Shown here piece by piece: positions 1 to 64,000 of a DNA stretch of 64,000 bases (positions are counted from its first letter, which is position 1; the number at the start of each line of letters is the position of its first letter). The DNA comes from Leucoraja ocellata (taxonomy: Eukaryota). The notes beneath the pieces are model-generated. The model was not told the DNA's origin, did not search any database, and saw nothing but the letters and a program-made list of their open reading frames with translations. The stretch is from NCBI GenBank assembly GCA_036785375.1, contig JAWMAR010000348.1:868001-932000 (forward strand). The letters run 5' to 3'. Position numbers and translations under genes: made by a program.

Positions 1-109
1 GAGGGGCAAAGGGTGATAGGTGTTCTTGTAGAGATGTATAACATCATGAGAGTAATAGATAGGGTGAATGCACAGAATCTTTTTAACAAGATAGGGGAAT
101 CGAGAACTG

Positions 110-530
110 GAGGGCAAGAACTGTGGCAGTACATGGGACTCCGTGTTGATGTGATGCCTCCTAAGTGTCAGGGTCCAGTATATCTTGGAGCAGATGCAGA
201 ATATCCTCAAGGAGGAGGGAGAACCAGGAGTCATTGTGCACATTGGCACAAATGACATAGAAGGAATAGGGATGAGGTCCTAAGGAGTGAATATAAGGAG
301 TTGGGCAAAAGGATAAAAAGTAGAGCCTCAAGGGTAGTAACCTCTGGATTACTTCCAGTGCCACTTGCTGGTGCAGGCAGGAACAGGAGGATAGGGCAGC
401 TTAATGCGTGGCTGAGGAGTTGGTGCAGGGACAGAGTCAGATTTTTGAATATTTGGGATCTCTTCTGCGGCAGAGGTGACCTGAACAAAAGAGACTGATT
501 ACACCTGAATTGGACGCGGACCAATATCTG
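110..530 (+). mobile_element. CR1 LINE ORF1 (SGNH-esterase type) fragment
   Basis: Frameshifted translation: HIGTNDI...KSRASRVVTSGLLPVP...NAWLRSWC...LHLN. Homologous to 57410-58050. Confidence 0.75.
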
Positions 531-1309
531 ATGACCGTCTCCATCACTTAATCAATTAACCCAAAAACTTTTCCGTAATTTTCCATAAAACTTTTGAATA
601 TTTAAGCATTTATATGACTGCAAGTTAAACAAAGAAAATGGAAGCATCTTACTCTGCCAGTGCACATCTCGTTTCAGCAACTAGTAGTGTATACACTGGA
701 CTGGAAGCAAATATTGTAATTTAACCTCTTCCTGTGCCCAATAGTATGAGCAGATTTTCTAATCTGGTGAAATCTGCCTGATGTAGCAATTAGATACAAA
801 GAGGTTGTCTCGGCATCTAACATTTCCCAAGAATTTAAGAGAATGTAGACGGGTCATGCACTTCAAAATTCAGGGAAATCCCAAACTTCTAAAGTATCTT
901 GGGAATCTAGAGCCTTGAAGCAAGGAAATTCAAGGACAGAACTAGTGCAAATGGAAAAATGTGGCCTTTTATGGTGTTGCACAATTTAAGAGACATGCTA
1001 AGGTCATTATTCACTCCCACATTAACGCTGATTGAATCAGTACCATAGTTAGAAGTCTAACTCTCAACAAAATGTTACTAACACAGATGGTTTCTAATTA
1101 TATATACATTACATGAACAAATTAGTTAGAATAGAATTTAAAATAGCTCACAGAAACATTGAACAATGTTTGTCTGTGCTACATTCATGCTGAGGAAAAA
1201 AAAAATTGTTCATGCCAGTGAAACAGACAGCGTCAGAGCTTGTAGCTGTATTGACAGAACCAAAATCCTTTAAAGGGCAGAGGGTGGGTGTCAGCATATG
1301 AGTATATGA

Positions 1310-1972
1310 AAGAAAGCAAAAGCAATGCTAGCATTTTTGTATTTCAAGGGGGCTTGTATACAAAAATAGGGATGTAATTTTCAGGCTCTATATGGCGCTA
1401 ATAAGGCCGCATTTGGAATATTGTGAGCAATTTTGGGCACCATATCTGAGGAAGGATGTGCTGGCTCTGGAGAGGGTCCGGACGAGGTGTACAAGAATGA
1501 TCCCAGGAATGAGTGGGTTAACCTCTGATGAGCGTTTGTCGGCACTGGGCCTGTACTGACTGGAATTTAGAAGAATGAGGGGGGAACCTCATTGAAACAT
1601 ACAGAATAGTGAAAGGCTTGGATAGAATTGATGTGGAGAGAATGTTTCCACTAGTTGGAGAGTCTAGGACTAGAGGTCATGGCCTCAGAATTAAAGGACG
1701 TTCTTTTAGGAAGATGAGGAGAAATTTCTTTAGTCAGAGGGTGGTGAATCTGTGGAATTATTTGCCACAGAAAGCTGTGGGGGTGTCAGTGGATATTTTA
1801 AAGTCAGAGATAAATACATTCTTGATTAGTACAGGTGTCACAGGTTATGGGGAGAAGGCAGGAGATTGGGGTTAGGAGGGAGAGATTCATCAGCCATGAT
1901 TGAGTTGCGGCGTAGAATTGATGGACCGAATGGCTTAATTCTATTCCTATCCCTTATGACCTTATGACCTTA
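1310..1972 (+). mobile_element. CR1 LINE 3' fragment (ORF2 C-terminus and tail)
   Basis: RPHLEYC...GESRTRGH...FFSQRVVNLWN motifs and a (CCTTATGA)n tail. Confidence 0.85.
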
Positions 1973-2062
1973 TGAGTAGGAATGTGAATCTTCAAAATCA
2001 AACGTTAATGTAAATATGAATGAACTTGAAAAGTTGCAATGACGCTTGGATTTCCTGTACAG

Positions 2063-62095
<60,033 letters not shown>

Positions 62096-62189
62096 GTATG
62101 CGAGTTTAAACATACAGTATTCAGTATAAGATATTCTAACAGGTGGCATCTTAAGTGTCAATGGCGAAATCTAACCTTATGCTTTCTAC

Positions 62190-62512
62190 GGTCATAAGGT
62201 CATAAGTAATAGAAACAGAATTAGGCCATTCAGCCCATCGAGTCTTCTCTACCATTCAATCGTGACTGATCTATCTCTCCCTCCAAACCCCATTCTCCTG
62301 CCTTCTCCCCATAATCCCTGACACCCATACAAATCAAGAATCTATCTAGCTCTGCCTTTGACTTGGCCTCCACAGCCTTCTGTGGCAAATAATTCCACAG
62401 ATTCACCTGTGACTAAAGAAATTTCTCCTCAACTCCTTCCTAAAAGAACATCCTTTAATTCGGAGGCTATGACATCTAGTCCTAGACTCTCCCAATAGTG
62501 AAACATCCTCTA
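62190..62512 (-). mobile_element. CR1 3' end
   Basis: Same family as 60497-60945. Confidence 0.75.
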
Positions 62513-64000
62513 GTGAATTGAATCCTACTGAAACGAAGTCACTACCTACAAAGAAAACACTTCTAGTAAAAGACAATGTTCTTGCCAATGACATTAAATA
62601 CTAACTGATAGAATGTCTTATAGACTTTCATGTCTTATATGTGAATGTCCTGTTGAGAGAAATAGAATTTAAAGGGAAGTGACATTATTGTCGTTATGGA
62701 ATTATATTTGCAGGGAAGCATTTCCAAGGCTGGGATATGTCTGTATACAAGAATGTTTAATACTTTAGGAAGGACAAGCAAAAAGAAAAAGGCTGATGTT
62801 TTCAGTAAAGGATGAAATCAGAAAAATTACGACATCAAGATATATAACCAATCTGAATGAATCTATGAAGCCCCTCACAACAGCAAATATTAGTAGTTAG
62901 GATCTAAAGGCCACCAAAAGACATGGTAATGTGGAAGATAACTTCAAACAGAAGATCTGAGATACACCAAATAAAAGCACGCTAGTAATGTGATTTTAAT
63001 CCACATAGAGACTGATCACATCAAATCATTAATAATACTTTGCAGGATGAATTCCTGTGCGGAATGTTTCTTTTAAACCAGCATGTTGAGGTGATGACTG
63101 GACAAAACCCACTTTAGTCTCTCCAAATTCACATCAATTCCCCAGATCCCACCACTCAGCTACACACTTACGGCAATTTACCGTCGACAATTAATCAACG
63201 AACCAATACATCTTAGGAATGTGGGAGAAAGTTGGAACATCCAGGGGAAAGCCACCCGATGAACATGTAAATGACACACTCACTGTACTGGAGGTCAGCA
63301 TTGAACCCAGATGACCCAAGACTGGCAACAGTTTTTACTAGCTCCTTTACTGTGCTGATCCAAAATGTAGATGTACTATGGAATCTGGCTGTCCCTGTAC
63401 ATGAGCCACTGAATGCAAACATTCAAATGCAGCAAGCAGTGAAGAATACAAATAGAATGCTGCCCTTCATTACAATTGGTATTGAGTACAGGAGCAAGGA
63501 TGTCTTCCTGCAGTTAGAGAGGGTCTTGGTGAATTTACACGTGGAACTGTGGGTGCAGTTTTGAGCTCTGTACATAAGAAATGATGTACCACAGAAACAT
63601 ATAAAATAGGTGCAGGAGGAGGCCATTCAGCCCTTCGATCCAGCACCGCCATTCATTGTGATCATGGCTGATCTTCCCCAATCAATAACCCGTGCCTGCC
63701 TTCTCCCCATATCCCTTGATTCCACTAATAGAAACATAGAAAATAGGTACCCTGTTACAGATCACTAGATTCACTAGACTGGGATCACCAATCTGTCCCA
63801 TGAGAGCAGGATTGCCACGAGGAGTGATTTGGGACAACTAAGCTTTTGTACAAAATAGTTTTAGGAATAAGAGACGAGACTTAGTTGAAACATACAGAAT
63901 TTCACCAGGGCTTGACAAGGCCGGATGCAGGGAGAAACATTCCCCAGGGTGGCGGTTGAACCCCAGAGGGCTCGTCAACGCCCACCAGCGATCCCCGCAC

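Overview
This is vertebrate genomic DNA. The HE1/V-SINE, CR1 and Penelope repeat content points to a cartilaginous fish, probably a skate or ray (inference). The whole window lies inside one + strand gene, a smooth-muscle myosin II heavy chain (MYH11 orthologue). I traced 23 constitutive GT-AG exons from 2063 to 62095 (3118 nt, about 1039 codons, phases consistent), running from the P-loop (GESGAGKT) through the motor and IQ region into the coiled-coil rod. The start and stop codons lie outside the window. Also present are the 21-nt SM-B loop-1 microexon (QDPAFAY), further candidate microexons and a U12-type intron. The introns are full of CR1, Rex/Babar and Penelope fragments, V-SINEs, and Harbinger- and hAT-type MITEs. 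The most striking find is a ~137-bp TSD-flanked retroposon (2 copies) whose 5' end is exactly a minimal, P4-less HDV/CPEB3-like ribozyme. Penelope-derived repeats also carry minimal hammerhead cores, including a 4x tandem array. Most ORFs in the supplied track are repeat-derived or spurious. Repeat boundaries are approximate and were read by eye.
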